From a virus, in IMG/VR virus record IMGVR_UViG_3300027733_000033: a stretch of DNA of 64,000 nucleotides; one strand, 5' to 3'. The notes under the pieces are model-generated. The model did not search any database. It was not told the DNA's origin and saw nothing but the letters and a program-made list of their open reading frames with translations. Each line of letters opens with the position of its first letter. Within the stretch, counting starts at the first letter, position 1. The translations under genes and the position numbers were made by a program. Below, one piece after another: positions 29,071-38,914 of the stretch.

Positions 29071-30363
29071 TTATCGTGGAGAATTAGTTGCATAGTCGTT
29101 TACCGCTTTTTGGAATGTATAAGGTAAATTTTTAGCAATTGGGTTATTTTCTTTCAATTGAGATTCAGTCATAGGCGTAATAATACGTCTGGCTAATGCG
29201 TCACACTCAAATTTAGCATCTTCAATTTTCATTTGAACCGGCGGCGTTTTTTGAGTAATATGAGAAGCGCCGCGTAAGAACCCAACGATACCTAACTCAG
29301 CAGCCACTTTACAAAATCTAATAGCAGATACAACAACCGCACCGGAATTAGGAGAATCTTGAACTGATAATCTAGCAGTTAATTCATATCTAGCACCGGC
29401 AAACCCGTAAGCTACAATATCAATATTGGCAATTTTATTATCAGAACCGACATAAGTTCCTCCTGGTTTTTGAATAACTGTTAGCGATGGACCAGCATAT
29501 AAAGTCATTCCATCAATAGAAGTATTTCGAACACTATTTTGACCTTTCAATACATTTTCTTTAGAAATATGTTTAGATTCTAATCGGTCAGTTTTAGCCA
29601 TATTTAAAAAATCGGTGTTGGCTGTTCTACCGGTACGGATATTTTCTTGACCTTGCGTAGTGCCAGCCGCCATATTCATTTGAATATGTTGAGTAACTAA
29701 TAATCCCGCGTCAAGCATACCGCCCTGTAAAATTTCAGATAAACGTGAGGCACCAAACCCAGAACGCATATCAGAACCAACAATAGTCAACCCTGCGTCA
29801 ATAAACTTTTGTTCAACAAGTTGAGCTTCTTCAGTAGAAATAAATGTAGGGATACAGTTAACAAAATGACAGCCAGCTTTAACCGCCGCATCGATATAGA
29901 ATTTGCTTGCTTCGTGAGAGCCTACTGGAAGATAGTTAACGACGACATCAACTTTATGGTATTTTAACAACTCAACAACACGTTGAAAAGATTCAGCCGG
30001 AATAGCGCCGGTTCTAAACGAAACGTTTTCTGGATAGTCTAACATATGAGGAGCCACACCATCTAACTCCGGACCAGAATAAACGATAGCGCCTTTTGGT
30101 ACACATGCGTCTGAAATTTCATTAACATGATCCATAGAGCAATTTGGATTTGCTCTTAATGCTTCTTTTAGTGGTAGGTTAACTTTACGAATATCAACAT
30201 CAAACCCACACACGAATTCGATATTGTTAACGGTATAGCCACCGATATCTGGATACATTAAACCGACTGTATCATTTTGATTTTCTATGTAGTATTGAAC
30301 GCCTTCCACCAAAGATTTAGCGCAAGAACCAACACCCACTAATGCTACTCGTATTTTTGACAT
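29071..30363 (-). CDS. ino1: Inositol-3-phosphate (myo-inositol-1-phosphate) synthase homologue
   Basis: RVALVGVGSCA, YLPVGS, FVNCIP, NTDFLNM, SKHISK, DNK, DSPNSG. Confidence 0.9.
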   Translation of the reverse strand: MSKIRVALVGVGSCAKSLVEGVQYYIENQNDTVGLMYPDIGGYTVNNIEFVCGFDVDIRKVNLPLKEALRANPNCSMDHVNEISDACVPKGAIVYSGPELDGVAPHMLDYPENVSFRTGAIPAESFQRVVELLKYHKVDVVVNYLPVGSHEASKFYIDAAVKAGCHFVNCIPTFISTEEAQLVEQKFIDAGLTIVGSDMRSGFGASRLSEILQGGMLDAGLLVTQHIQMNMAAGTTQGQENIRTGRTANTDFLNMAKTDRLESKHISKENVLKGQNSVRNTSIDGMTLYAGPSLTVIQKPGGTYVGSDNKIANIDIVAYGFAGARYELTARLSVQDSPNSGAVVVSAIRFCKVAAELGIVGFLRGASHITQKTPPVQMKIEDAKFECDALARRIITPMTESQLKENNPIAKNLPYTFQKAVNDYATNSPR

Positions 30364-30404
30364 TTGTTTTTCCTAAATAAAAATAATATTATAAATGATT
30401 TTCT

Positions 30405-31604
30405 TTATAAAGTAAAGCATGTATCAACAATATTTTGTTTTCTTAAAAATAGCGTTGGGTCAAACTTAACCTTTAACATATCTCTTTCTGTTTCACTGAA
30501 CAACTCAACCCAATCCGAATCCAGTTTTTTCATGCTATTTGTTTTAAATTTTTCCAGTGACAATAATTTATGTACATCAGGTTCATCGTTGTAGTACAGA
30601 TGAATATTCAAATTTAGTCCATAATTTTTCATCACAGTGAAATATTCTTCATTTAAAGAAAAATCAGTGAAGTTTTTGCCTTTAGTCATCAACCCAGCAA
30701 TATAAGGTTTCCAGTCAATTTCTTTCCACGCAGAAGATAACGCATCATATTGATCAGCAAGTTCGTTAGTTGTCCATCCTGTAAATTCTTTAGGCTTTCT
30801 TCCACCAGCACCTGCGGTTTTTCTGAACTCACATAAACATGATTCAATATTATAGACATCTAATTTTATGTTAGAGTTGCTGTTGATGTATTCCATCAAA
30901 TACTGGAAATTCGTTTCCATCAAATTTATTTCTGACTTAGCAGGTTTAACCTTCACTCCATTTCTCTTAGTCGCTATATCTTCTCTATTGAATAAGTAAC
31001 ACAAAGAATCATATTGACTCCATGTATCAGAATACAACTGTAGATCCCAGTGGTCGACGTCAAAATCGAAAAATTCATATACAGTCTGTTGTGCTAACCA
31101 CGCAGTCATTCTTCCTATAGAATACATACTTTGTAAAGATTTATTCAAGGAGTAAAAGTTTTCTGCCGTATTACCGACAGTGGATACCCGCTCAAGGTAA
31201 TCATATGGGGAGTCGTTTCCTATTGTCGCTTTAATCGACTTCACATAATCAGGAAATTTTCTTAAATTCCATTTTGCGTCTTTAGCATAAAATGCTCGTT
31301 TCCAGTTAACATCGTGCCACTCAACTATATGTTCATGTTTTGTATTCAGTAAGTCAGGAAACTGCTGGAGTACAATCATTGCCCAGTGGTTACGGTATGA
31401 TTGTCCAAATACCAAACAATACAAAGCTTTTTGGTCTTTAGTTAACCCCATCATATCGGAAATAACTAAACCAGAATGCCAATGGTCTAAATCTCCTTCA
31501 TACATTCTAGTGACAGCAACTCGTCTAAAAGCTTCAAGTCTATTTTGTGGTAATCGTACATCCTTGTACGATGATAAATCTAAGTCTAATTCATATAAAT
31601 TCAT
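30405..31604 (-). CDS. aGPT-PPlase / amino-acid:DNA transferase family (HhH-glycosylase-like fold)
   Basis: SIGRMTAW and IESCLCEFRK motifs; context next to kinase and dioxygenase. Confidence 0.7.
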   Translation of the reverse strand: MNLYELDLDLSSYKDVRLPQNRLEAFRRVAVTRMYEGDLDHWHSGLVISDMMGLTKDQKALYCLVFGQSYRNHWAMIVLQQFPDLLNTKHEHIVEWHDVNWKRAFYAKDAKWNLRKFPDYVKSIKATIGNDSPYDYLERVSTVGNTAENFYSLNKSLQSMYSIGRMTAWLAQQTVYEFFDFDVDHWDLQLYSDTWSQYDSLCYLFNREDIATKRNGVKVKPAKSEINLMETNFQYLMEYINSNSNIKLDVYNIESCLCEFRKTAGAGGRKPKEFTGWTTNELADQYDALSSAWKEIDWKPYIAGLMTKGKNFTDFSLNEEYFTVMKNYGLNLNIHLYYNDEPDVHKLLSLEKFKTNSMKKLDSDWVELFSETERDMLKVKFDPTLFLRKQNIVDTCFTL

Positions 31605-33010
31605 TAAAAGAATTCCTCTAATGACACACTTTCATAGGCGTTTTTAAGCCAAGGGTGATACTTATCTAACCATTCATTTCCATTAGGCTGAGCCTTTAGA
31701 TAATCGTACCATTCTTTAGCTTTAGAATAATCACCATCTTTAGATTCATGGTCAGCCCACATTCCTGGAGTAATACCGTTCCATCTAAACCGTTGGTCTT
31801 TATGGTCTGGGTCATTTTTTCTAGATTCAACGAAATTGAATCGGCATTCTTCATAATCGTAAGAACCTAAGTTTAACATATTTTCTCTGAAGTAACAAAT
31901 AATAGAAACCCTCTCAGCTAAGTCGTCATTTTTAACGATAGGCGTGTTACCATGCATAACTTCATGATTATTAACAAGTAACAAATCTAAAGGTCTAACG
32001 CTAACCGCGATTCTGTATTCTGGAAATACTAGATAGCCGCCAGAATAGTTATCATTAACAGATAACACTAGCAAATTAGATAAGCCTTCATTCAAATCGC
32101 CGGCGTCATAATGAGCCGCCGTTCTAAAGGTGTTATTCACTGTTAATGTAGTGAATACCGTGCCTGGAACCAAAAACTTTTCATCAATTTTATCAGCCGC
32201 CGCTTTTTGATTACCCCAGCGCCATGGTAATAAGGTGTTAAACCCTTTGTTCAAAGACTGGATAAAAGGGAAACATTTTTTGAATTTATCAAACTGATAA
32301 TTTGTATATGATGTTGGTCTACCATATGGAATTCTAGGGTATCTATCAAACCAACCTGCTACACCAGAATTACATGGAACAGCATAGTTTGTACTAGAAA
32401 TGAATTCTTTAGCAACCATTTCAGCTTCAGCTTTAGCCGCTTCACGCGGTAACTTAGAAGTCGCTTCAGCCCACTCATCAAAATTAAATCCTTCAGGCAA
32501 TTTAGAAGGCAACCAAACTTGACAACGAATTTCATTATCAACATAATGAGCATTTTTGATTTTATCAAACTCATCACCTTCATTATACAAATCGTCAATA
32601 GGATTAATGAAGTAATCTAAAATAGCATGTTCTTTAGGTTTAACCCTAATACGACCAGAGTTATCGCTAAATGTACCATCAATATTACCTGTATCTTGAA
32701 ACGTACCGGCGGCAAGACCTCTATTATTAGATACAGTAGCAGCATCTTTTAAACCCTCATACGCCCAGTCGTGCTCTTCTTTACTGAAGAAGTTTTTTCT
32801 AAATTTGAACGCAATACGCAGTTCGTCTTGACCTTTATCGCATGAGCTACAATCTGATTCACAATCTACCTGTGTAGATAAATCACACATAGCAGGCATA
32901 TAACAGTCGGTATCTTCTTCAACCAAAATATCGTAATGAGATTCACCAAGAAATCTACCCAATAGGTGCTCACAATCTAGTTTAGATTTGGCAACAATAA
33001 CATTAACCAT
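31604..33010 (-). CDS. TET/JBP-family 2OG-Fe(II) dioxygenase
   Basis: FTTLTVN..FRTAAHYDAGD (HxD), MHGNTP (H), ERVSIICYFRENM (RxS). Confidence 0.88.
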   Translation of the reverse strand: MVNVIVAKSKLDCEHLLGRFLGESHYDILVEEDTDCYMPAMCDLSTQVDCESDCSSCDKGQDELRIAFKFRKNFFSKEEHDWAYEGLKDAATVSNNRGLAAGTFQDTGNIDGTFSDNSGRIRVKPKEHAILDYFINPIDDLYNEGDEFDKIKNAHYVDNEIRCQVWLPSKLPEGFNFDEWAEATSKLPREAAKAEAEMVAKEFISSTNYAVPCNSGVAGWFDRYPRIPYGRPTSYTNYQFDKFKKCFPFIQSLNKGFNTLLPWRWGNQKAAADKIDEKFLVPGTVFTTLTVNNTFRTAAHYDAGDLNEGLSNLLVLSVNDNYSGGYLVFPEYRIAVSVRPLDLLLVNNHEVMHGNTPIVKNDDLAERVSIICYFRENMLNLGSYDYEECRFNFVESRKNDPDHKDQRFRWNGITPGMWADHESKDGDYSKAKEWYDYLKAQPNGNEWLDKYHPWLKNAYESVSLEEFF

Positions 33011-33077
33011 AATTCAAATTCCTCTTATAAAAATAATAATTATACTTTAAACCCGTTTCAAAGTAAAGGTATTTAGA

Positions 33078-34871
33078 CTAAAATTTGAATCCATTCGTTT
33101 CAATTCGTTTAGTTTTAGCTTGAAACCCGTTATTTGTATCAACAGTACCCGCGCCGGATATATTATGCTGAGCAGAGCTTTCAACATCAAACAATCTCAT
33201 CTTACTTCTATCTATACCGATAGTGAAACGCTTATAATAGGAAATGTCATTATATCTATTTTTCAACTGCTTAACCATAATCTGACCCATTTCTTCTAAC
33301 TCTTCAGTAGACATTAAGCCTATGAATAAATCTAACGTATGGGCGATACCTATAGATTCACTGACATTAGTTAAATCCATATCGGTAGAAGTCTGTCCTT
33401 CACGATTAGGCTGAGTCGCGGTGACAACCGGAACATTATACTCTACCGCCAACCCGCGCAACTCTTCAGCAATAGATTTAATCAACATATAAGAATTAAC
33501 ACCGCTACCGTATTTCATTCTTTGAGACGCACAAATATTCAAATAATCTATACAGATGAGGTCAGGCTTGAAGTTCTTTTTACCCTTTAACTCCTCAAGC
33601 AAAACTCTAAAATGACCAGCATGAGCTGATGACGTCGGATATTCTTTGATGATTAATTTACCAGTCGTCTTTTCCATCAACCTTTGAATCCTAGTTTCAA
33701 ATACAGGTCGTTCAACAGTTTTCAACTCTGTAATAGGAATATTCAAAAGATTAGCATCGATACGTTCAGCAATACGTTCTTCAGACATTTCCATTGTAAT
33801 ATATAGAACATTTTTACCCTGTGCCATAGTAGCCGCCGCAATATGACACATCGCTAAAGATTTACCAACGCCCGTGTTATGAGAAGAAACCCCATTTGTA
33901 TAGTACCTATGGTTATCATGGTCAACCGTAATATCAACGATAGGAATCAACTCACCAGTTTCAACAATATAGCCGCTGACTAAACCTTTATCTGTATGAA
34001 AGTTTACTGTTTGGTCTACAAGGTCTTTAGCATAATACCAACCTGCCTGAGTTTCAAACAAATGAATCTCATTACATCTAACAGTATCGCCGTTAGATAA
34101 CGTAAGGACATACTCATCCCAAAAACCTTTATTCACAAAATTCGATACGTTAACCCAACCATCTGGAGATGTTACCTCTATTTTATAATCTAATAACAAA
34201 TCTTTAACATCACCAATCGCAATATGCTTTTCAGCTACCCAACCCTGTTTACTGGTAATCCTAACTGAAATAGACGTATCAGGATGAACGCAACCTGCTA
34301 AGAAACAATTTAACGTTTTAAGGCTTAACCCGCCGCCCGTAATTTTATTCATCAACTCTAAGTCAAACGGAATTTTAGTTTCAACGTTATGATAATGGTC
34401 GTATCGTTCAGAGTAATCTAAAATGTAATCATGACCAACATTTGTATCAAAAGATACCGCTAATGCGTCAGATAATATAGACGGAATAGCATCTTCACGG
34501 AACTGTTTATCCTTACCCTCAATAATCTTAATAGAATGTAATATGGCACCATAAACTGCTTTATCTTTACAGAATTTTTCAGTTTCAAGTAATAACCATT
34601 CATCATTAATATCTTTTTGTTCAATTTTAGAAGCAAGCGCCGTTAACTCAGTTAATTCTTTATCATTGATGTCAGTTCTGTTTCTGATTTCAATATCAAG
34701 AATCTGTGGCGTTATAATCTTATTGAACTTGGTAAAGTATTCACCAATCTCGCTAACAAGAATAGATTCCATCCTATCGGTAAAATATTCTTTTTTAATG
34801 AAAGGTAAGGTTTTTCTAGTAAACTCTTCATTGTAAATCAGATTAGAAATAATAATATCTTCAATTCGCAT
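33078..34871 (-). CDS. 41: Replicative helicase (T4 gp41, DnaB-like) with intein
   Basis: LAG/TGVGKS Walker A, YITMEMSEE, IKEYPT, IDYLNI, TATQ, KQLKNRY; likely start MRIED. Confidence 0.95.
   Translation of the reverse strand: MRIEDIIISNLIYNEEFTRKTLPFIKKEYFTDRMESILVSEIGEYFTKFNKIITPQILDIEIRNRTDINDKELTELTALASKIEQKDINDEWLLLETEKFCKDKAVYGAILHSIKIIEGKDKQFREDAIPSILSDALAVSFDTNVGHDYILDYSERYDHYHNVETKIPFDLELMNKITGGGLSLKTLNCFLAGCVHPDTSISVRITSKQGWVAEKHIAIGDVKDLLLDYKIEVTSPDGWVNVSNFVNKGFWDEYVLTLSNGDTVRCNEIHLFETQAGWYYAKDLVDQTVNFHTDKGLVSGYIVETGELIPIVDITVDHDNHRYYTNGVSSHNTGVGKSLAMCHIAAATMAQGKNVLYITMEMSEERIAERIDANLLNIPITELKTVERPVFETRIQRLMEKTTGKLIIKEYPTSSAHAGHFRVLLEELKGKKNFKPDLICIDYLNICASQRMKYGSGVNSYMLIKSIAEELRGLAVEYNVPVVTATQPNREGQTSTDMDLTNVSESIGIAHTLDLFIGLMSTEELEEMGQIMVKQLKNRYNDISYYKRFTIGIDRSKMRLFDVESSAQHNISGAGTVDTNNGFQAKTKRIETNGFKF
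33876..34292 (-). mobile_element. Mini-intein (139 aa) in the helicase Walker A motif
   Basis: Begins CVHPDT, block B CNEIHLF, ends VDITV...YYTNGVSSHN followed by T; no LAGLIDADG domain. Confidence 0.93.
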
Positions 34872-34881
34872 ATCAGTCCTG

Positions 34882-35163
34882 TTAAGCTTTAATGTTTTCA
34901 ATTCCTGTAGTAATAATATCAACCAAAATATCACCAATCATTTTCTTAAATGTCATCAAATCATCTTCAGGGATATGTCCTTCCTGTAAAATGTAATTAA
35001 ATTCTAGCATACCACCATCCTCATCTGGTATCTCAACAAATTTTACATCATCATATGTAAGTACACAATAGATAGATTCATTTTCTGTTAAAAAGTCAAA
35101 CTCGATTGCGGTAACTTCAGCACCGGTTTTATCGATATAATTTATTGCTTGGTAATTTATCAT
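34882..35163 (-). CDS. Hypothetical protein at the T4 gp40 position
   Basis: Acidic protein between uvsX and gp41. Confidence 0.5.
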   Translation of the reverse strand: MINYQAINYIDKTGAEVTAIEFDFLTENESIYCVLTYDDVKFVEIPDEDGGMLEFNYILQEGHIPEDDLMTFKKMIGDILVDIITTGIENIKA

Positions 35164-35235
35164 AATGTTCCCATAAAATGAAAATAGCGTATAACGAATT
35201 AACATTATACGCCTTTGTTTCTAAAAAGTAAAGTT

Positions 35236-36315
35236 TTAGATTTCAGTATCGATATCTTCTAATTCATCAATAATTTCTTCATCTGTAGCAGTATTATATG
35301 CAGCACCAAGCTGGAACCTTTCTTTAATGAAAGTTTTAAACTTACCATTGCTCAATATATCATTCCAAAATGCATCAGTTTGAGTTTCTTTTGCGCGGTA
35401 TTTCTTTTCAGCCAATTCGCCAGTATCTAAATTGACCTTTTGGTACCAACCATTAGATGGTTTAATGATAGCGCCGGATTCTAACCCTAACTCAAGTAAA
35501 CCTGAAAACTTTTGTATACCACCAGCATAAGTTACTGTGAACACAAGTTTAGATTTTTCTCTCACATATCTAGACTTTTCAACGTTCAACGTAAAATTAT
35601 AACCCACTAAATCTGTTCCATCTTTTTCTTGAGATTTTCCGATAATAAATGCAGTGTTAGCAGAATATATCAAACCAGACCCACCACTGATAATTTGCTT
35701 AGGGTATAACGACATTTCAGAATATGTATGACAGATAGTTATGCACGGAATGTCTTTAGCAACTAAAGAAGGAGTAACCATACGGAACAACCCTTTAATA
35801 GATTTTGCTCTTTGCATTTCAGCAACACTTTTTTCACTCAAAGCATCATCTAATTCTTTTAAACTAGCAGTATTTCCTATAGAATCAATCATTATAATTA
35901 CTTTATCGCCACGCTCTAATTCTTTTAACTGTTTAACCATATCAAACTTTAACATCTCAATATGTTCAATTGGAATATGGACGACCCTGTCAGGGTCTAC
36001 GTCCATAGAACGCAGGTAATCTGGAGTAACACCGCCCTCTGAATCATAAAATATACATACTGCGTCTTTATACTTTCTAAAATACGCGCTAATACAAACT
36101 AATGCAGTTGCTGATTTAAAAGATTTACTTGGACCAGCTAACAAGGTTAAACCGCTGCTTAACCCACCATCAACATCACCTGAAAATGCTATATTAACGA
36201 TAGGAATATCTGTAGGGATAACATCTTTGTCTTTAAACATTACTGAATCAGTCAAAACAGCAGTGTGTTTAGTTGTACTATTTTTAAGAATTTTACTCAT
36301 CAACGGCGATTTCAT
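35236..36315 (-). CDS. uvsX: RecA-like recombinase
   Basis: AGPSKSFKS, FYDSE, IDSIGN, MQRAK, SGGSG, KSRYVREK. Confidence 0.95.
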   Translation of the reverse strand: MKSPLMSKILKNSTTKHTAVLTDSVMFKDKDVIPTDIPIVNIAFSGDVDGGLSSGLTLLAGPSKSFKSATALVCISAYFRKYKDAVCIFYDSEGGVTPDYLRSMDVDPDRVVHIPIEHIEMLKFDMVKQLKELERGDKVIIMIDSIGNTASLKELDDALSEKSVAEMQRAKSIKGLFRMVTPSLVAKDIPCITICHTYSEMSLYPKQIISGGSGLIYSANTAFIIGKSQEKDGTDLVGYNFTLNVEKSRYVREKSKLVFTVTYAGGIQKFSGLLELGLESGAIIKPSNGWYQKVNLDTGELAEKKYRAKETQTDAFWNDILSNGKFKTFIKERFQLGAAYNTATDEEIIDELEDIDTEI

Positions 36316-37082
36316 TTTGTTTCCTTTTTATGGTTTCCAGCAAAACTTTGCATTACTTGATTTAACTTCTTTTCACTCATTAACATACCACGAACCCACC
36401 CGTCTCCTGGAGAAATGTTAGCTTTAGTGTTAATTGTGCCATTATTCCACCAAAACATTTTACCAGTAACCTTCCCACCTTGTTTCCCACCTTTAGAAGC
36501 ATTGATCAATGCTTCTTCTGGATTAGCTTCTCGCCATTCTTTAGTGACACATCCACCAAAATTGCCAGATTCAATTAACGCATTAGCGCCTATAATTGCC
36601 CATTCATTTCTTAAATGCTGTAAATTTGGGTTATGTATGCCTTTTTGTTTATCTCTACACGCAGAACCAGCAATTTTTCCAATTTCTGAAAAATCAATAT
36701 GATCCATTGAGCCGTTAGACCAATTAAACTTAGTTTGAGCAGATCTATCATAATCAGCAGCAAATATACCAAGATTATTATCCTTTGTAATTCTTCCGCC
36801 TATTTTACCAGCATTAGAATATAATAATAAAATATCTTTATCTGTTAATTTTACAGCAATTCCACGCATAAAACAATACGCAAGTTTATTTCCGATAGGT
36901 TTACCCATTTTGTATCTTAATAAATGGACAATCCTGTGTTCTTTAAATGTTAAAACTGCGCACAAATAAGAATTTGGGTCTTCATGTTTAGGTGTAATAT
37001 GATGATTGTGGTGAATTGAAGAATCATAAATTCTTCCTATTGAACGCGATATAATATCGTCTTGAAGTTTTTCGTAATTCAT
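36312..37082 (-). CDS. Free-standing HNH homing endonuclease
   Basis: HNHHITPKH...LTFKEHRIVHLL; GKxGG repeats; C-terminal WWNNG...GWVRG. Confidence 0.8.
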   Translation of the reverse strand: MNYEKLQDDIISRSIGRIYDSSIHHNHHITPKHEDPNSYLCAVLTFKEHRIVHLLRYKMGKPIGNKLAYCFMRGIAVKLTDKDILLLYSNAGKIGGRITKDNNLGIFAADYDRSAQTKFNWSNGSMDHIDFSEIGKIAGSACRDKQKGIHNPNLQHLRNEWAIIGANALIESGNFGGCVTKEWREANPEEALINASKGGKQGGKVTGKMFWWNNGTINTKANISPGDGWVRGMLMSEKKLNQVMQSFAGNHKKETK

Positions 37083-37195
37083 AAGTTCCTTTGATTATAG
37101 GTTTCTCGTATTTTACGTCAGAGCCTAATCTGACACCCAGTTTAATCATAATATGTTCTCATCAATTCATATCAAAAATACAATTATAAATGATT

Positions 37196-37408
37196 TCAAT
37201 TGAAAAGTAAAGGTCTTGTTTCTAGTATCAAAGTAGGAACTGTTGTGTCAATAGCCTTTTGGTATCTTCCATGTTTAACATCATACCCCGTATCTGTTCT
37301 AAATGGTTCTTCTTCAAACCACCACCATTCTACTGTTGCACCATAAATATCATTGCCTAAATAATTCGCCCAATCAGGAGCATCTTTCCAGTGTGGTTTA
37401 TTTGTCAT
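37196..37408 (-). CDS. Hypothetical protein (WKDAPDWA family)
   Basis: MTNKPHWKDAPDWANYL...WWWFE..P...LETRP. Confidence 0.65.
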   Translation of the reverse strand: MTNKPHWKDAPDWANYLGNDIYGATVEWWWFEEEPFRTDTGYDVKHGRYQKAIDTTVPTLILETRPLLFN

Positions 37409-37458
37409 ATTGCCTTGTGTGATTAAAATGGCTGGACTTTTACACCCAGCCACAAACA

Positions 37459-37789
37459 TTAATTGATATAGTGATTCAATTCGTAAGGATTTGTATTTGT
37501 ACCGCGATTATAAACTTGGATATGCAAAGCTTTTTTGCTTGGTTTACCATCTTTTTCAAGCGCTAAACTGTGACGAGTAGTTTCACCGTCTTTAGGCTTA
37601 CCTGGACCAACAGTAATTTTGTCGTGCCATTCGTCATCTGGAATGGTGTAACCTTTAGCGTTAGCTTGCGCTTGAGCATGTTGAACTGCTGAAGTATATG
37701 TTGAGTGATGAAGAATGCTCGTATCTTTTTTTCGCTTCGTTCAAAGCTTCTTCTAATACTGATTCTCTAAATTCTTGGAATGCTGACAT
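37459..37789 (-). pseudogene. Capsid-targeted protein with a +1 frameshift in an A7 run
   Basis: MSAFQEFRESVLEEALNEAKK | DTSILHHSTYTSAVQHA...HIQVYNRG...YELNHYIN; 331 nt, one extra base. Confidence 0.75.
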
Positions 37790-37798
37790 TTTGTTTCC

Positions 37799-38281
37799 TT
37801 ACAGTTTGGTGTATCCAGAGGACGTTTTAAAATAAAAGGCGTTTCTTGTAGTTGACACTTGTTTAAGAACATTATCAGTAAACGGTGCCAATACAACTTC
37901 TACCATTTTTAACATTGAAATATAAATCTCATCGGGATCGATGAAATCTAAATGGTATTCATGCTCTGCTTCAATGTATTGGTATATATCCCAGAAAGAG
38001 TCATTTAAGCCGTACTGTTCAAATTCTTTATACAAGTTTTCAAACCAAATTTCGTGTACTCTCCCAGCATATTCTTTATATAGCTCTTTATATTTTTCGA
38101 GTTCCTTCTCATTAATAACAACTTCTTGAATAACCCCGCCGTGAACTTCAGCCGCATCTTGTGAATCAAAATAAGTTAGTGTGCCATTTCTAGAACAAAC
38201 CCAGTTTAATATAGGCTCAACCTCAGCCGGCTCTTCACCGGCTAACTCTATACATTGTTCAAATGGTAAGTGTTTATGCAT
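37799..38281 (-). CDS. Hypothetical protein
   Basis: 160-aa ORF in operon. Confidence 0.6.
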   Translation of the reverse strand: MHKHLPFEQCIELAGEEPAEVEPILNWVCSRNGTLTYFDSQDAAEVHGGVIQEVVINEKELEKYKELYKEYAGRVHEIWFENLYKEFEQYGLNDSFWDIYQYIEAEHEYHLDFIDPDEIYISMLKMVEVVLAPFTDNVLKQVSTTRNAFYFKTSSGYTKL

Positions 38282-38284
38282 GAA

Positions 38285-38527
38285 TTACTCGCTACTTGCC
38301 CATTGATTATGGATTGACCAAAGTATAGAATTTTCCAAATATTCATCATCTCTGTTATTTTGGTCGCTATGAAAACGCATCGTACCAGCAGTAAAGCAAA
38401 TTTCAAGCATATGATAGCTACCCTTTTCAGATTCATGTTTTTCAATAACCATACATATAATATGCTGTTTATTGATTACAATATCAGATAAGCTGTTGTT
38501 AGCAAAAATTCTTATTTTGTTTGTCAT
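38285..38527 (-). CDS. Hypothetical protein
   Basis: GGAG RBS, 80 aa. Confidence 0.55.
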   Translation of the reverse strand: MTNKIRIFANNSLSDIVINKQHIICMVIEKHESEKGSYHMLEICFTAGTMRFHSDQNNRDDEYLENSILWSIHNQWASSE

Positions 38528-38914
38528 ATTTTTTCTCCATAGTATTTTAAAACCAGTTAAACCAAACTAAATTTGGTGTATTTTACCATAAATTGAATTT
38601 TTCTGGATATTTTGATTCCAAAAATTTGAGCAATAAGCCAACTACAAACGCAGCGTAAATTGGTGTAAATACTAACCACCATGACCAGTCTATATAGTTT
38701 GTTACTTTTAAAGTTATAAAAATAACTAATAACATGTGATATACATTCATAATAAAAATTTATTCTCTAGATAATTTAAACATAGTATTCTTTCAGAAAT
38801 AATAAAATACATCAATCGTTTCACCATCTTTTGATGCTTTACCGTATCTAAATGTTTTACTGGTTTCGCCCAATAAAAATATATTATATTATGGCGACAT
38901 ATAAAAGTAAAGCT

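Noticed and set aside
29071-30363. ino1 as an ordinary auxiliary metabolic gene for host lipid or compatible-solute synthesis
   Set aside because: Not excluded, but disfavoured because it is embedded between the DNA transferase and DNA glycosyltransferase genes with only short spacers.
37095-37140. Hammerhead ribozyme
   Set aside because: CTGA and GAAA are present, but the CUGANGA-stem II-GAAA arrangement is not satisfied.
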